Source: Vicinamibacterales bacterium (GTDB lineage Bacteria; Acidobacteriota; Vicinamibacteria; Vicinamibacterales; UBA8438). Taken from it: a stretch of 64,000 nucleotides of DNA. The notes under the pieces were generated by a model. It worked only from the letters and a program-made list of their open reading frames with translations. It searched no databases and was not told where the DNA came from. The position numbers were made by a program, and so were the translations under genes. Positions 26,916 through 35,840 of the stretch are shown here, piece after piece (the stretch's first letter is position 1; the number at the start of each line of letters is the position of its first letter). Location of the stretch: contig CBDCCY010000002.1 in assembly GCA_965215155.1 (NCBI GenBank), forward strand, positions 559,698 through 623,697, written 5' to 3'.

Positions 26916-28529
26916 CTACTTGACCCGTCGAAGACGGGGGGAGGAGGGCGGTGGGGACGGCTCGGTGACGGGTGGTGCTATCCCGTCAGCATAACGTTGG
27001 GCGTGGTTCCGTTCGTACTCGCGCGCCTCGTGGAAGTCCCAGTAGGCATCGAAGTCGCCGCTGGCTCGTAACGCTCGCAGCTTCAGGACCGCCTCGGCGC
27101 CGACCAGCCGCCAGCGGGCGCCGGTCAACTCCATCCGGTCGCGGACCAGGTGCCGGCACGCCCCCTCGATCACCCCCGTGGCGATGGGATAGCCCGCCGC
27201 GAGGTAGCGGTCGTAGTGTAGATACGGCCCATACTTCAGCAGGTAGTCGGCGCACGTGTCGACCGGCTTGCGGAGGTCGGGCGGCAGGCGGGCGACGGTG
27301 GCCGCTCGGCGCATTGCCGCCGCCACCCACCGGGCCTTGCCTTCGAGAATGCGTCGCACCCGCGTCCAAGCCCAGTATTCCCGCTCGAGGCTCTCCTCGC
27401 GATGGAACACCTGTGCCGCCTTCCAGACGTACTCGACCACGTGGATGATGTCGAGCACCACCGTGACGTCGACGCCGTACGCGGCGGCGCCCGCCTCCAC
27501 GAGGTCGAGCTGCATCTCGGCGCCGTCGACGAGCACGACCCAGCTCTTGACGCGCTCGGGGTCCCGGCGGTCCGCTTCCAGCAGCGCCTCCGCGACCACC
27601 TCCGCCGGCTCCCGTTCGAGGCTCGCCCAGACCCGTTTCGCCACCGGGCGAGGTCGCACGAGCGGGGGCCTGGACTTCTTCGTCCGGGTCCTGGCCACCG
27701 GCGAGCGGGGCATCAGGCTCTGCAGGAACTCCTCCGGGCTCCGCACGAACGGCGCGACCGTGTAGACGGCGGCCACCGTCGCCATGCGCTTCGCGTGCTT
27801 CTTCTCACCCGGCTGGAGACGCGGGAACCAGGCGAGCTGCTCGCGTTGCCGCCGGCGCCGCTCCGCCGCCCGCCGCGTCGCCTCGCGCAGGTCCTCGCGG
27901 TGCAGCACCACGCCCTTGCCGTCGAACGTGAGCACCAGAACCGACCCCTCCGGCGACGGCTCGCCCGCCGCCGCGCGGCGCGCCTCGTAGAAGGCGTCGA
28001 AGTCCTCCGCCGCGCGAGCTGCCAACTGTTCCGCCTGCCGCTTCGGCACCTCCGCTCCGGTATGGCGAGACAGATCGAACAGCGCTTCGTCGAACGACCG
28101 CGACGCGGCCGCCTCCGCCACCCGCCGGCGCACCTCGAGCGAGTACCGCTCCGGCGGCAGGTTGAGCGACGCATCCAGCGGATGCAGACTCTCGTGACCC
28201 GCACGCGCGTAGCCCACGCGCTCGACTTCCACCGTGCCGAAGGTCGTCTCCAGGTGTCGTTCGTGCACGCGCCGTTCCCCGCGCTCGACCCCATCGGCCC
28301 CCGCGACCGGACCGGCCGCCTCTCCCGGGCTGCGCTGGTCGAGGTGCCCCTGCAGGAGCTTGCGCAGCAACTCCTGGCCCCGCCGATTCAGCTCCCGTTC
28401 CAGGTCGCTCTCACTCATCTGCTGCGCTTCGCGCGACGAGAGGTAGGCTTTGGCATCCGCGTATACGGCGTCCGCCGCCGCATACGGCGCCGGGTCGGAG
28501 GGAGCGCCGCGGTCGGCGACGACTCGCAT
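26916..28529 (-). CDS. ISKra4-family transposase
   Basis: ORF 26916..28529, 537 aa. C-terminal pattern GYPIATGVIEGACRHLVRDRMELTGARWRLVGAEAVLKLRALRASGDFDAYWDFH is typical of this family. The start is 3 nt after the DUF4338 stop. Confidence 0.8.
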   Translation of the reverse strand: MRVVADRGAPSDPAPYAAADAVYADAKAYLSSREAQQMSESDLERELNRRGQELLRKLLQGHLDQRSPGEAAGPVAGADGVERGERRVHERHLETTFGTVEVERVGYARAGHESLHPLDASLNLPPERYSLEVRRRVAEAAASRSFDEALFDLSRHTGAEVPKRQAEQLAARAAEDFDAFYEARRAAAGEPSPEGSVLVLTFDGKGVVLHREDLREATRRAAERRRRQREQLAWFPRLQPGEKKHAKRMATVAAVYTVAPFVRSPEEFLQSLMPRSPVARTRTKKSRPPLVRPRPVAKRVWASLEREPAEVVAEALLEADRRDPERVKSWVVLVDGAEMQLDLVEAGAAAYGVDVTVVLDIIHVVEYVWKAAQVFHREESLEREYWAWTRVRRILEGKARWVAAAMRRAATVARLPPDLRKPVDTCADYLLKYGPYLHYDRYLAAGYPIATGVIEGACRHLVRDRMELTGARWRLVGAEAVLKLRALRASGDFDAYWDFHEAREYERNHAQRYADGIAPPVTEPSPPPSSPRLRRVK

Positions 28530-28532
28530 CGC

Positions 28533-29423
28533 TCAAGGCTCCCGCAGCCGCCGCTGCGCATCCCGAACCAGAGGATAGACCAGGACCGTCTTGGGCGCCG
28601 CGCCGGCACGACGGCCGTGCCGGTCCATGCGCCCGCGACCGCTCGTCGCGCCCAACGCGACCCAGTTGGCGGCACGGTAGCAACCCCCGTGGTGGCGGCG
28701 CGCGTCCACCAGCGTCTCCACCAGCCACGGCTCGAGGTGGTACCGGCGCGCCCAGTCCGCCACCAACCGACCGAGGCCACGCGCCAACACCGCGCTGGCC
28801 AGGTTCTTCACCCCGACCCACGGCAGCAACAGGAAGCGGCTGTTGTTGACCACCCGCTGCAGATTCCGCGCCCGCGTCCCATCGTCCCAGCCCACCCAGC
28901 GGTCCCGCACCGCCATGCGCCACGCCGGGCTCGAGAACTGCAGGCAGCCCACCACCGCGCGGACCGGCTTCGACGCATACACCAGATACCGCAGGTGCGC
29001 GCCGAACGGAACCGTGTGCCCCAGGTAGTGGTAGCGACCCACCAGCTCCCGGAACAGCAGCCGCTGCGCGGGCTCCTGCACCAACTCGACCTCCAGCGGC
29101 TCGATGTCGCGGACGCTCCCGACGAGCGAACGTCCCGGCTCCCCCACCGCCGTCCGGGGAACGCGGGTCACCGAACCGACCACGCGCCCCCGCCGCTTGT
29201 CCGGCAGCATCAGCGCCCCCTCCGCGTCGAGCCGTTCCAGGAACTCCCGGCACTCCCGCGCCTTCAGCCTCCCGTTCGGACGCCGCCACCGCAACAGCTC
29301 GCACACCGTGCGCGCCAGCTCCATCCGGCTCAAGCCCGAGCAATCCCGCACGACCTCGCGCATCAGCGTCACCTCGCGGTCGCTGAACGCACGTCCCGAG
29401 AAACTCGTCGTCGCCACGGCCAT
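28533..29423 (-). CDS. DUF4338 domain protein (same domain as Druantia DruA), IS passenger/accessory gene
   Basis: Frame of ORF 28533..29525, likely start ATG 29423 (MAVATTSFSGRAFSDREV). Motifs GRYHYLGHTVPFGAHLRYLV, VVNNSRFLLLPWVGVKNLAS and GGCYRAANWVALGATSGRGR. Confidence 0.75.
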   Translation of the reverse strand: MAVATTSFSGRAFSDREVTLMREVVRDCSGLSRMELARTVCELLRWRRPNGRLKARECREFLERLDAEGALMLPDKRRGRVVGSVTRVPRTAVGEPGRSLVGSVRDIEPLEVELVQEPAQRLLFRELVGRYHYLGHTVPFGAHLRYLVYASKPVRAVVGCLQFSSPAWRMAVRDRWVGWDDGTRARNLQRVVNNSRFLLLPWVGVKNLASAVLARGLGRLVADWARRYHLEPWLVETLVDARRHHGGCYRAANWVALGATSGRGRMDRHGRRAGAAPKTVLVYPLVRDAQRRLREP

Positions 29424-29668
29424 CGCGGGAAGGCGTCTCCCTTCCCACCACACCGTAGCAAGCGCCGCGCGAAATGTCCAGGGGCGCCGGAGAAACAGGC
29501 CACAGCGCCTCAGCGCCGTGGTCACCGGCTCCGGTCGGCTGCTCGAAGGGCCCGGTGGGGACGCTGGTCCGGTGCTGTCCCCGCCAGAATGCCCCCAACT
29601 GAGAGGGGGCGCGGAGATAAACCACTATCAGTCAATGAGATAGCTCTCTACGGAAAAGAGCCGCACCC

Positions 29669-29852
29669 AAGTCCTTTCATATCAACAGATTCCCACATCA
29701 CAAACCCGCCCCCACGTACAGACAAAAGGGTCGGGGGGGAGTAGGGGAGCGACCACGCGGAAACCTGCCGGTTTCCGGCCCCCGCAGGTGTTCCTCCGTC
29801 ACACCTGCGGGGTCGCGGTCGCTCCCCTGGAATTGTCCCTCCGGGAAGGGGG
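29669..29852 (+). repeat. repeat X, copy B, right part (resumes after the IS)
   Basis: Collinear with 21589-21775 of X-A, including the 84-nt hairpin block (29744-29827). Diverges from X-A after GTCCCTCC(A/G)GGAAGGG. Confidence 0.8.
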
Positions 29853-29918
29853 GACAGGCGCTTGCAGCGCCTGCACGGGCCGGCTGCCATGCTCTGCCCG
29901 TGTCCGAAGGCACCCTGA

Positions 29919-30225
29919 CGGAAGGCGGCGCTCGTCGAGGAGGTGGCCGACGCCGCCGGCCTCACGAAGAAGCGCGCCGAGATCATCGTCGACACCCTGT
30001 TCGACAGCATCGCCGAGGCGCTCCGCCACGGGGAGAGGTCGAAGTCCGCGGCTTCGGCAGTTTCCGTCTCCGGCGGCGCGCGCCGCGCCGGGGCCGCAAC
30101 CCCAGGACGGCGACCGGGTGGACGTGCCGTCGAAGCACGTCGCCTACTTCACGTCCGGCAAGGAGCTGAAGGAGCTGATCAACCGGGACCCGGCCCTGCC
30201 GGTGCCGCCGCCGTTGTCCGAGTAG
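29919..30225 (+). pseudogene. IHF/HU-family DNA-binding protein gene with no start codon and two 1-bp frameshifts
   Basis: Three frames join to read RKAALVEEVADAAGLTKKRAEIIVDTLFDSIAEALRHGER / VEVRGFGSFRLRRRAPRRGRNPRT / GDRVDVPSKHVAYFTSGKELKELIN. Each shift is a missing G in a short G run (near 30034 and near 30108). An in-frame TGA lies immediately upstream. Confidence 0.75.
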
Positions 30226-30282
30226 CTGGCGTCGAAGCGTCGCTCCGTCGTCCGCGGCCGGTCCGGTCGCACGGCGCCCGCC

Positions 30283-30395
30283 AACGCGCGTGGACAGCCT
30301 CTGCGAGGGGCGTGTCAAGACTCGATCAAGCGCCGTTACGTAACGCTACTCAAATGAACGCGCGTGGATAGCCTCTGCGAGCGGCGTGTCAAGAC
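30283..30395 (+). repeat. two 39-bp direct repeats (37/39 identical), 74-bp period, in the intergenic region upstream of the GT2 gene
   Basis: AACGCGCGTGGA(C/T)AGCCTCTGCGAG(G/C)GGCGTGTCAAGAC at 30283-30321 and 30357-30395. Each carries TTGACA on the minus strand. Confidence 0.7.
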
Positions 30396-31561
30396 GCTGC
30401 GGTCTTCCGCGGGATCTGTTAGGACGGTGACGGAAACTACGTTGCCACGTTCGCGGGCGCGAGCCCCGGAATCACGGGCCTGGGGCGTCACGCCAGTTGG
30501 CAAAGTTGTATCGATCGCTGTCCTTACGGTATCCTTTCCGATACAGCCCGCGCGTGCCGCGGCCGCTCTCTCGCTACCGAGCGAGAACGCTTGAGCGGGG
30601 GGCGGGGCCGTTGTGGGCAACGCGAATCATGGTTTCTCCACGTCATCCCGTCGAACCCGACGTTCGCGCCGGAGACCCGGAAATCCGTCCGAGCGGCCTC
30701 GCGACGCCGTTCCCATCGGTGTCGGTCATTCTCCCGGCCCGCGACGCCGAGGAGAGCATCGGGAAGGCGCTCGACTCGGTGTTGGCTCAGGACTACAACG
30801 GTTCGGTGGAGGTGATCGTTGCCGACGGGTCCGACAACACCGCCACGTCGGACCTGGTTCGGCGGCTGTATCCGACGGTGACACTGATTCCCAATCCGCA
30901 ACGTGTCATCGGGTATGGCATCCAGGCGGCGTTGCGGGTGGCGACCGGAGAGATCGTCGCACGCTGCGACGCCCATACGACCTGGCCGCCTGGATACCTG
31001 CACCGGGCGGTAGAGACGCTGCAGAGAACCGGGGCGGCCAACGTCGGCGGCCGACAACGACCGGTCGGCACCACGTTCTTCGAGCGCGCGGTGGCGCTGG
31101 CGATGACCACGCCGCTGGGGACGGGGCCTGTTCGCTACCGGCTGGGGGGCCTCGAGGGCCCCGTCGAGACCGTCTACCTCGGCGTGTACCGACGTGACAG
31201 GCTGGCCGCGGTGGGCAGTTACGCCCCCGACATGGTCCGGGGCGAGGACTATGATCTCAATACCCGGCTGCGGATGCACGGGGAAACGGTGTGGTTCGAT
31301 CCCGAGCTCGTGGTCGACTATCGGCCGCGCGGCACCCTGCGGGACCTCGTCCGACAATATTTTGGCAACGGCCGTTGGAAGCGGGTGGCGTTGCTACGAC
31401 AACCGACGGCGCTGCTGCCCCGGCACGGCGGCGGCTTGCTGCTGCCCCGGCACGGCGCCGGCCCGCTGCTGCTGCTTGGGTTGGCGGCCTCCGCGGTCCT
31501 CTTCTGGGCCGGCGCTCCTGGGGCGGCGGCGTTGCCGCTCACGTATGTAGTCACCTTGGCC

Positions 31562-32648
31562 CTAGTGTGCACCGTCAGAAATACGTGAGCAGTAACGCTT
31601 CAGGGATTCCAGGATCTGCTCGGCGGTCTTCGTCCAGACGAAGGGCTTGGGGTCTTCGTTGTAGACCGCCAGGTACTCCTTGATCGCCGCCTCGAGTGCT
31701 TGGGTGCTGCGATGGGTTCCACGCCGGATCTGCTGCCGGGTGATCTCGGCGAACCAACGCTCTACCTGGTTGAGCCACGATGCGCTCGTGGGCGTGAAGT
31801 GCAGGTGATACCGAGGACGCCGTGCCAGCCAGTCGTGGATCATCGCCGTCTTGTGCGTGCCGTAGTTGTCCAGCACCAGGTGGATGTCGAGGTCGGGCGG
31901 CACCGCCTTGTCGATCACGGCGAGGAAGCGCTTGAACTCCACCGAGCGGTGCTTCCGAAAGCACCTGCCGATCACCTCGCCGGTGGCGGTGTTCAGGGCC
32001 GCGAACAACGAGGTCGTGCCGTGCCGTCGATAGTCGTGTGTCCGCTGCTCCGGTGCTCCCGGACGCATCGGCAACACCGGCTGGGTACGGTTCAACGCCT
32101 GGATCTGCGACTTCTCATCCACACACAGCACCACCGCTCGCTCCGGCGGATGCAGGTACAGCCCCACGATATCGCGCACTTTCTCGATGAACAACGGGTC
32201 TCGCGACAGCTTGAAGGTCTCGCTGCGATGGGGCTTGAGCGCGAACGCGCCACACGCGGCCGACGGTCGAAGCGCTCAGCCCGCAGGCTCGGGCCATCGA
32301 CTCCCGGCTCCAATGCGTCGCCCCCCGTGGGGTCGTCTCCAGCGTCCGGACCACGACCCGTTCGACGTCCTCGTCCGACACCCGGCGCGGCGCGCCCGGC
32401 CGTGGTTCGTCCAGCAAGCCGTCGCAGCCGTTGCGCAGGAACCGCCGCCGCCACTTGCCGACCGTGGCCCGCGTCGTGCCCAGAGCCTGCGCCACGACCT
32501 GGTCGCTCCGTCCCGCGGCGCTCTGCAGCACGATGCGTGCCCTCAGGGCCAGAGCCTGCGCGGTATTGCGCCGGCGCAGCCAACCCTCCAGTTCCTCGCG
32601 CTGTGCGTCCGAGACCTCCGGGACCTCTCGTGTGTAATGGTTCGGCAC
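31562..32648 (-). pseudogene. IS630 transposase, frameshifted (2-bp deletion in a GCGCGCG run)
   Basis: ORFs 32115..32648 and 31562..32194 together equal the copy 1 protein. Copy 1 reads GTGTGGCGCGCGTTCGCG and copy 2 reads GTGTGGCGCGTTCGCG (about 32258-32262). Confidence 0.85.
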
Positions 32649-32720
32649 GGCCCTCCTCGCTTCCGGGCCGACCGTACCACGAGCCGATTCTACTGGTCAA
32701 AAACTTCAGGCGTTGGACAC
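31565..32720 (-). mobile_element. IS630-family insertion sequence, copy 2, 1156 bp, inverted relative to copy 1
   Basis: Same termini as copy 1. TA at 31563-64 and 32721-22. The reconstructed target is GCC-CTAG-TGT inside the GT2 gene. Differs from copy 1 by a 2-bp deletion and at least one substitution. Confidence 0.85.
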
Positions 32721-32877
32721 TAGTGTCTCTGGTGGTCGGCGTTCGTCGCCGTTCGTGCGCCGCGTTGCTGCTCCCGCTGGTCTTGGCGACGATGCATCTG
32801 AGCTGGGCGGTCGGTTTCTTTACCCCGTTGGGGCGCCGGGGTCGCGGCCGGCGACCGACGCGGTCGGCGGAACCGCG

Positions 32878-34029
32878 ATGAAGTCGGAGCAGGGTCGCGG
32901 CGATCGATGGCCGAAGATTCTGATCGTCGGTCCGCTAGGCTCCGGGGAGTCCGCCACCAACGTGATTGGAGGGAACAAGGTTTCGTGCGACGACCTGGTC
33001 CATGAATTGGAGATGCGAGGTTTCGAGCTGGATATGGTCGATACCTCGGGACGCGTGACCAATCTCCCCCGCTGGAAAGTCCAGGCGAGTCGTCTTGCGA
33101 GGTTCCTGCGGATGGTCCGAGGTGTCGTGAAGAAGATCCGGCACTCGCAGCTCGTCTTCGTGTTCATTGCTCCCTCTTCCGCGACGGTCGTCGCTTCGTC
33201 GGCCTGGATTCTCTGCAGAATAGCCCGTCGCCCCTTGGTGCTGCGGTTGTCCGGGGCCGATCTCGATTCCGTGTATTGCAAGTACGGTGCCCCGGCCCGC
33301 TGGCTGGCGGATCGCACCTGGATGCGCTGTTCGCTGATGTACGTCGAAACACAGCGGTTGCGCCGGATCTTCGACAACCGAACCAGTTGTCGCTGGTTGC
33401 CCAACATAAGGAACGTCGAGGCGCATGCTGCGGTCGGGCGCGAGGAGCGTCACAAGAAGGAGATCCGCAAGCTGATCTTCATCTCCCGACTGCACATGGA
33501 CAAGGGGCTGGCCGAGGCGCTCCGTGCTTGCCGCGACTTGCCGGACCACTGTCATCTCCAGGTGTTCGGACCACGCATGTCCGACACGGACTTTTCCCTG
33601 TTCGCGGGGCATCCCAGGGCGAGCTACTGCGGCGTTCTGCAGCCCGAGGAGGTGCCGCAGGTCATGCGCGACCATGACGTGCTGCTGTTTCCCAGCTACT
33701 ACCCGATGGAGGGTTATCCCGGCGTCATCATCGAGGCCTTTCAGTGCGGCTTGCCGGTCATCGCCGCCAGGTGGCGAGACGTTCCGGAACTCGTCGAGCA
33801 TGAGGAGAACGGCCTGGTGGTGGAACCGCGCTCCGCTGCGGCCGTGCGGTCTGCAATCGAACGGTTGCTGAACGATCCCGGTCTGTATCGGCGGCTTTGC
33901 GAGGGTGCGCGGCGGCGCGGCGACGACTTCCGCAGCAAGAACTGGTTCGGGCCCGTCGCCGAGGACCTGCGCGCGCTGACGCTGGGTACTGGGGCGATAG
34001 CGACCGGAACGTATCTCTCGAAGCGGTGA
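32878..34029 (+). CDS. family 4 (GT-B) glycosyltransferase
   Basis: Frame of ORF 32713..34029, ATG 32878. C-terminal GT4 signature DVLLFPSYYPMEGYPGVIIEAFQCGLPVIAARWRDVPELVEHEENGLVV. Confidence 0.8.
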   Translation: MKSEQGRGDRWPKILIVGPLGSGESATNVIGGNKVSCDDLVHELEMRGFELDMVDTSGRVTNLPRWKVQASRLARFLRMVRGVVKKIRHSQLVFVFIAPSSATVVASSAWILCRIARRPLVLRLSGADLDSVYCKYGAPARWLADRTWMRCSLMYVETQRLRRIFDNRTSCRWLPNIRNVEAHAAVGREERHKKEIRKLIFISRLHMDKGLAEALRACRDLPDHCHLQVFGPRMSDTDFSLFAGHPRASYCGVLQPEEVPQVMRDHDVLLFPSYYPMEGYPGVIIEAFQCGLPVIAARWRDVPELVEHEENGLVVEPRSAAAVRSAIERLLNDPGLYRRLCEGARRRGDDFRSKNWFGPVAEDLRALTLGTGAIATGTYLSKR

Positions 34030-34066
34030 GCAGCCCCGATCGGCAACACAGGCGCGGCTGGAGCGC

Positions 34067-35422
34067 TCAGCGGGCGCCGAGGACAACGCGGAATGTCCGC
34101 CAGGCGTGGACGGCGTCGTCAGGCCGCGGCAGCCAGATTGAAGGCCAGCGCATGCGAGCAGCTATTCCGAACGCCGCCGCGAGCAGGATGAGTCGGCAGA
34201 TCATGCCCAGGGTCAGCCCCCAGGCAGCGGCCGCTACGCCGACCGCCGGATAGAGCACGGAAATCGCAACAAGATTCGCCGCCAGTCCCAGGGAGAAAGC
34301 GCAGGAACAGACGCCCGGGCGATCGATACCCTTGAAGTATGTTCCGAGTATGCCGGCGCAGGCACAGGCGAGCACTCCGGGGGCGAGGATCCACAGCAGC
34401 GGGACTACCGGCAGGAAGGCTCCGGGGAACAGGATTCGAACCAGCGGCGTGCTGATCGCGAGCAGGAGGAGAATCGCGGCCACGGTACTGCACGACACGA
34501 CCCGCAGGCAGAGCGCCGTCAAATCCGGGCGGCCGCTGCCTGCGATGCGGGGCAGCAGCGCGTTGCCGACCGCGTCGGAGATCATGCGAAGCCGGAACAT
34601 GAGCGCGTGCGCGGTTGCGAACAGGCCGATTTCCGCCGGGCTCGCGATCAGCCCGAGAAGGAGAACGCCCGCGCTCATTTCTAGCTCGCCGGCTATGCCC
34701 GCGGGGTGAAATCGCAGACCGTACGCGATGACTCGCGTGGAGACGGTGCGGAGCGGATTCACCAGAACCAGCCCGTGATGGCGCCGCAGGTACCACGCGC
34801 ACAAGGCCACGGTGCAACCGTGCGCGGCGGCGACCGCGAGCACGGCGCCGTCCACGCCGAGTCCCGATAGCCGCACGAGGACAAGAAGAACGAGGGCGTT
34901 CACGGCGAGGTGAAGCAGGGTGAACACCGCGAGACGTCCGAAGTGGCGGAGGGCCGCGAGTTGACGCTCCATGGCGCCCGAGAACGCCATGAGCGGAACC
35001 AGGGCAAGCGCCAAAAAGAAGGTACGCGTGTCCGCCTGCTGAAAGAAGGCCATCTCACCGTGGACCAACGGGATCGCCAGGGAGACGGCCAGGGCTCCGC
35101 CGACGAGGCAGATCGCGAGGGCGGCGCCGACGCCTTCCGAGACGGTCGCCTGTCTCGTGATGACGAAGTACTGCGCGCCTTCTCGCGCCCCCGGCGTGAA
35201 GAGCACGCTGAGAAAACTCGCGAACACGACGCACAGGGCGAAGCTGCCGCGGCCTGCCGGCAACAGCATGTAGGCCAGAAGACTCTGGATCGCGAGGCCC
35301 ACGACGACCTTGCCGACACGGGTCGCGAACACGATGGCTGCGTCCCGCCCGCCGGTCGTGTGCGGACGTCGTGGTGTATGGGGCTTTTCCGGTGTCACGG
35401 CTGCGACGTTTTCTGGCGCCAC
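34067..35422 (-). CDS. polysaccharide flippase (Wzx/MOP superfamily-like) multi-pass membrane protein
   Basis: ORF 34067..35422. About 12 hydrophobic segments, with the N-terminal pattern typical of oligosaccharide flippases. The start is uncertain. Confidence 0.6.
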   Translation of the reverse strand: MAPENVAAVTPEKPHTPRRPHTTGGRDAAIVFATRVGKVVVGLAIQSLLAYMLLPAGRGSFALCVVFASFLSVLFTPGAREGAQYFVITRQATVSEGVGAALAICLVGGALAVSLAIPLVHGEMAFFQQADTRTFFLALALVPLMAFSGAMERQLAALRHFGRLAVFTLLHLAVNALVLLVLVRLSGLGVDGAVLAVAAAHGCTVALCAWYLRRHHGLVLVNPLRTVSTRVIAYGLRFHPAGIAGELEMSAGVLLLGLIASPAEIGLFATAHALMFRLRMISDAVGNALLPRIAGSGRPDLTALCLRVVSCSTVAAILLLLAISTPLVRILFPGAFLPVVPLLWILAPGVLACACAGILGTYFKGIDRPGVCSCAFSLGLAANLVAISVLYPAVGVAAAAWGLTLGMICRLILLAAAFGIAARMRWPSIWLPRPDDAVHAWRTFRVVLGAR

Positions 35423-35577
35423 GCCAGTTGCTCGAACAACGCGACGTACGCGTCGGCGGCTTTCTCGGGTGAGAAGTCGGCGGCTCGCGCCCGCAGCGCT
35501 TTCTCCGGCGGGTGCTCGCCGCGCAGGGTCTTGACCAACTGTATTCGGTTAGCGGGTGATTTCCCAATAGACACGGG
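35395..35577 (-). pseudogene. C-terminal remnant of a glycosyltransferase gene
   Basis: Tail of ORF 35395..36087. Only ...NRIQLVKTLRGEHPPEKALRARAADFSPEKAADAYVALFEQLA looks protein-like. Upstream sequence switches to IS66-related DNA at about 35580. Confidence 0.4.
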
Positions 35578-35840
35578 CTGAGAGTGGACTTGGAGTGCGG
35601 AGGTTTCAGCGCGTCGACGCGGTGGCTGGAACCGACAGTGTGTTCGCGCGGCTTGCCTCCCCCGTCGCGATGCCACGGACACCGAACGCCAAGCCGGCGC
35701 GCGGGAGCATCGGCGCCGATTTCTCCGTGAAGTCCGGTGGCGACCGCGGGCTGCCGCGGGCGGTGCGGTCGTCCGCCTCCTGCGGCGGGGCGCCACGGGG
35801 ACCGGTCGCCCGTCGAGGTCGTATGTCGGACGTTGCCGGC

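Larger units (their letters stand above)
26849..29668 (-). mobile_element. ISKra4-like insertion sequence, 2820 bp, two genes (DUF4338 + transposase), 9-bp target duplication AAGTCCTTT
   Basis: Ends GGGTGCGGCTCTTCTTCG... and ...CGGAAAAGAGCCGCACCC are inverted repeats (about 17/20). AAGTCCTTT occurs at 26840-26848 and 29669-29677. The uninterrupted paralogous site in X-A reads AAGTCGTTT (21589-21597). Confidence 0.85.
30629..32881 (+). pseudogene. family 2 glycosyltransferase gene split by IS630 copy 2
   Basis: 5' part 30629-31564 (VSVILPARDAEESIG, IVADGSDNT, GEDYDLN). The 3' part 32721-32881 continues in the same frame once 1158 bp (IS + TA) are removed, giving ...VVTLALVSLVVGVRRR.... Its stop overlaps the next gene start (ATGA). 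Confidence 0.8.

Noticed and set aside
11826-32720. The two IS630 copies plus the enclosed 18.6 kb as a composite transposon
   Set aside because: Each copy has its own TA duplication in its own CTAG target, and copy 2 precisely splits a GT2 gene. They look like independent insertions, and no outer target duplication for a composite was seen.
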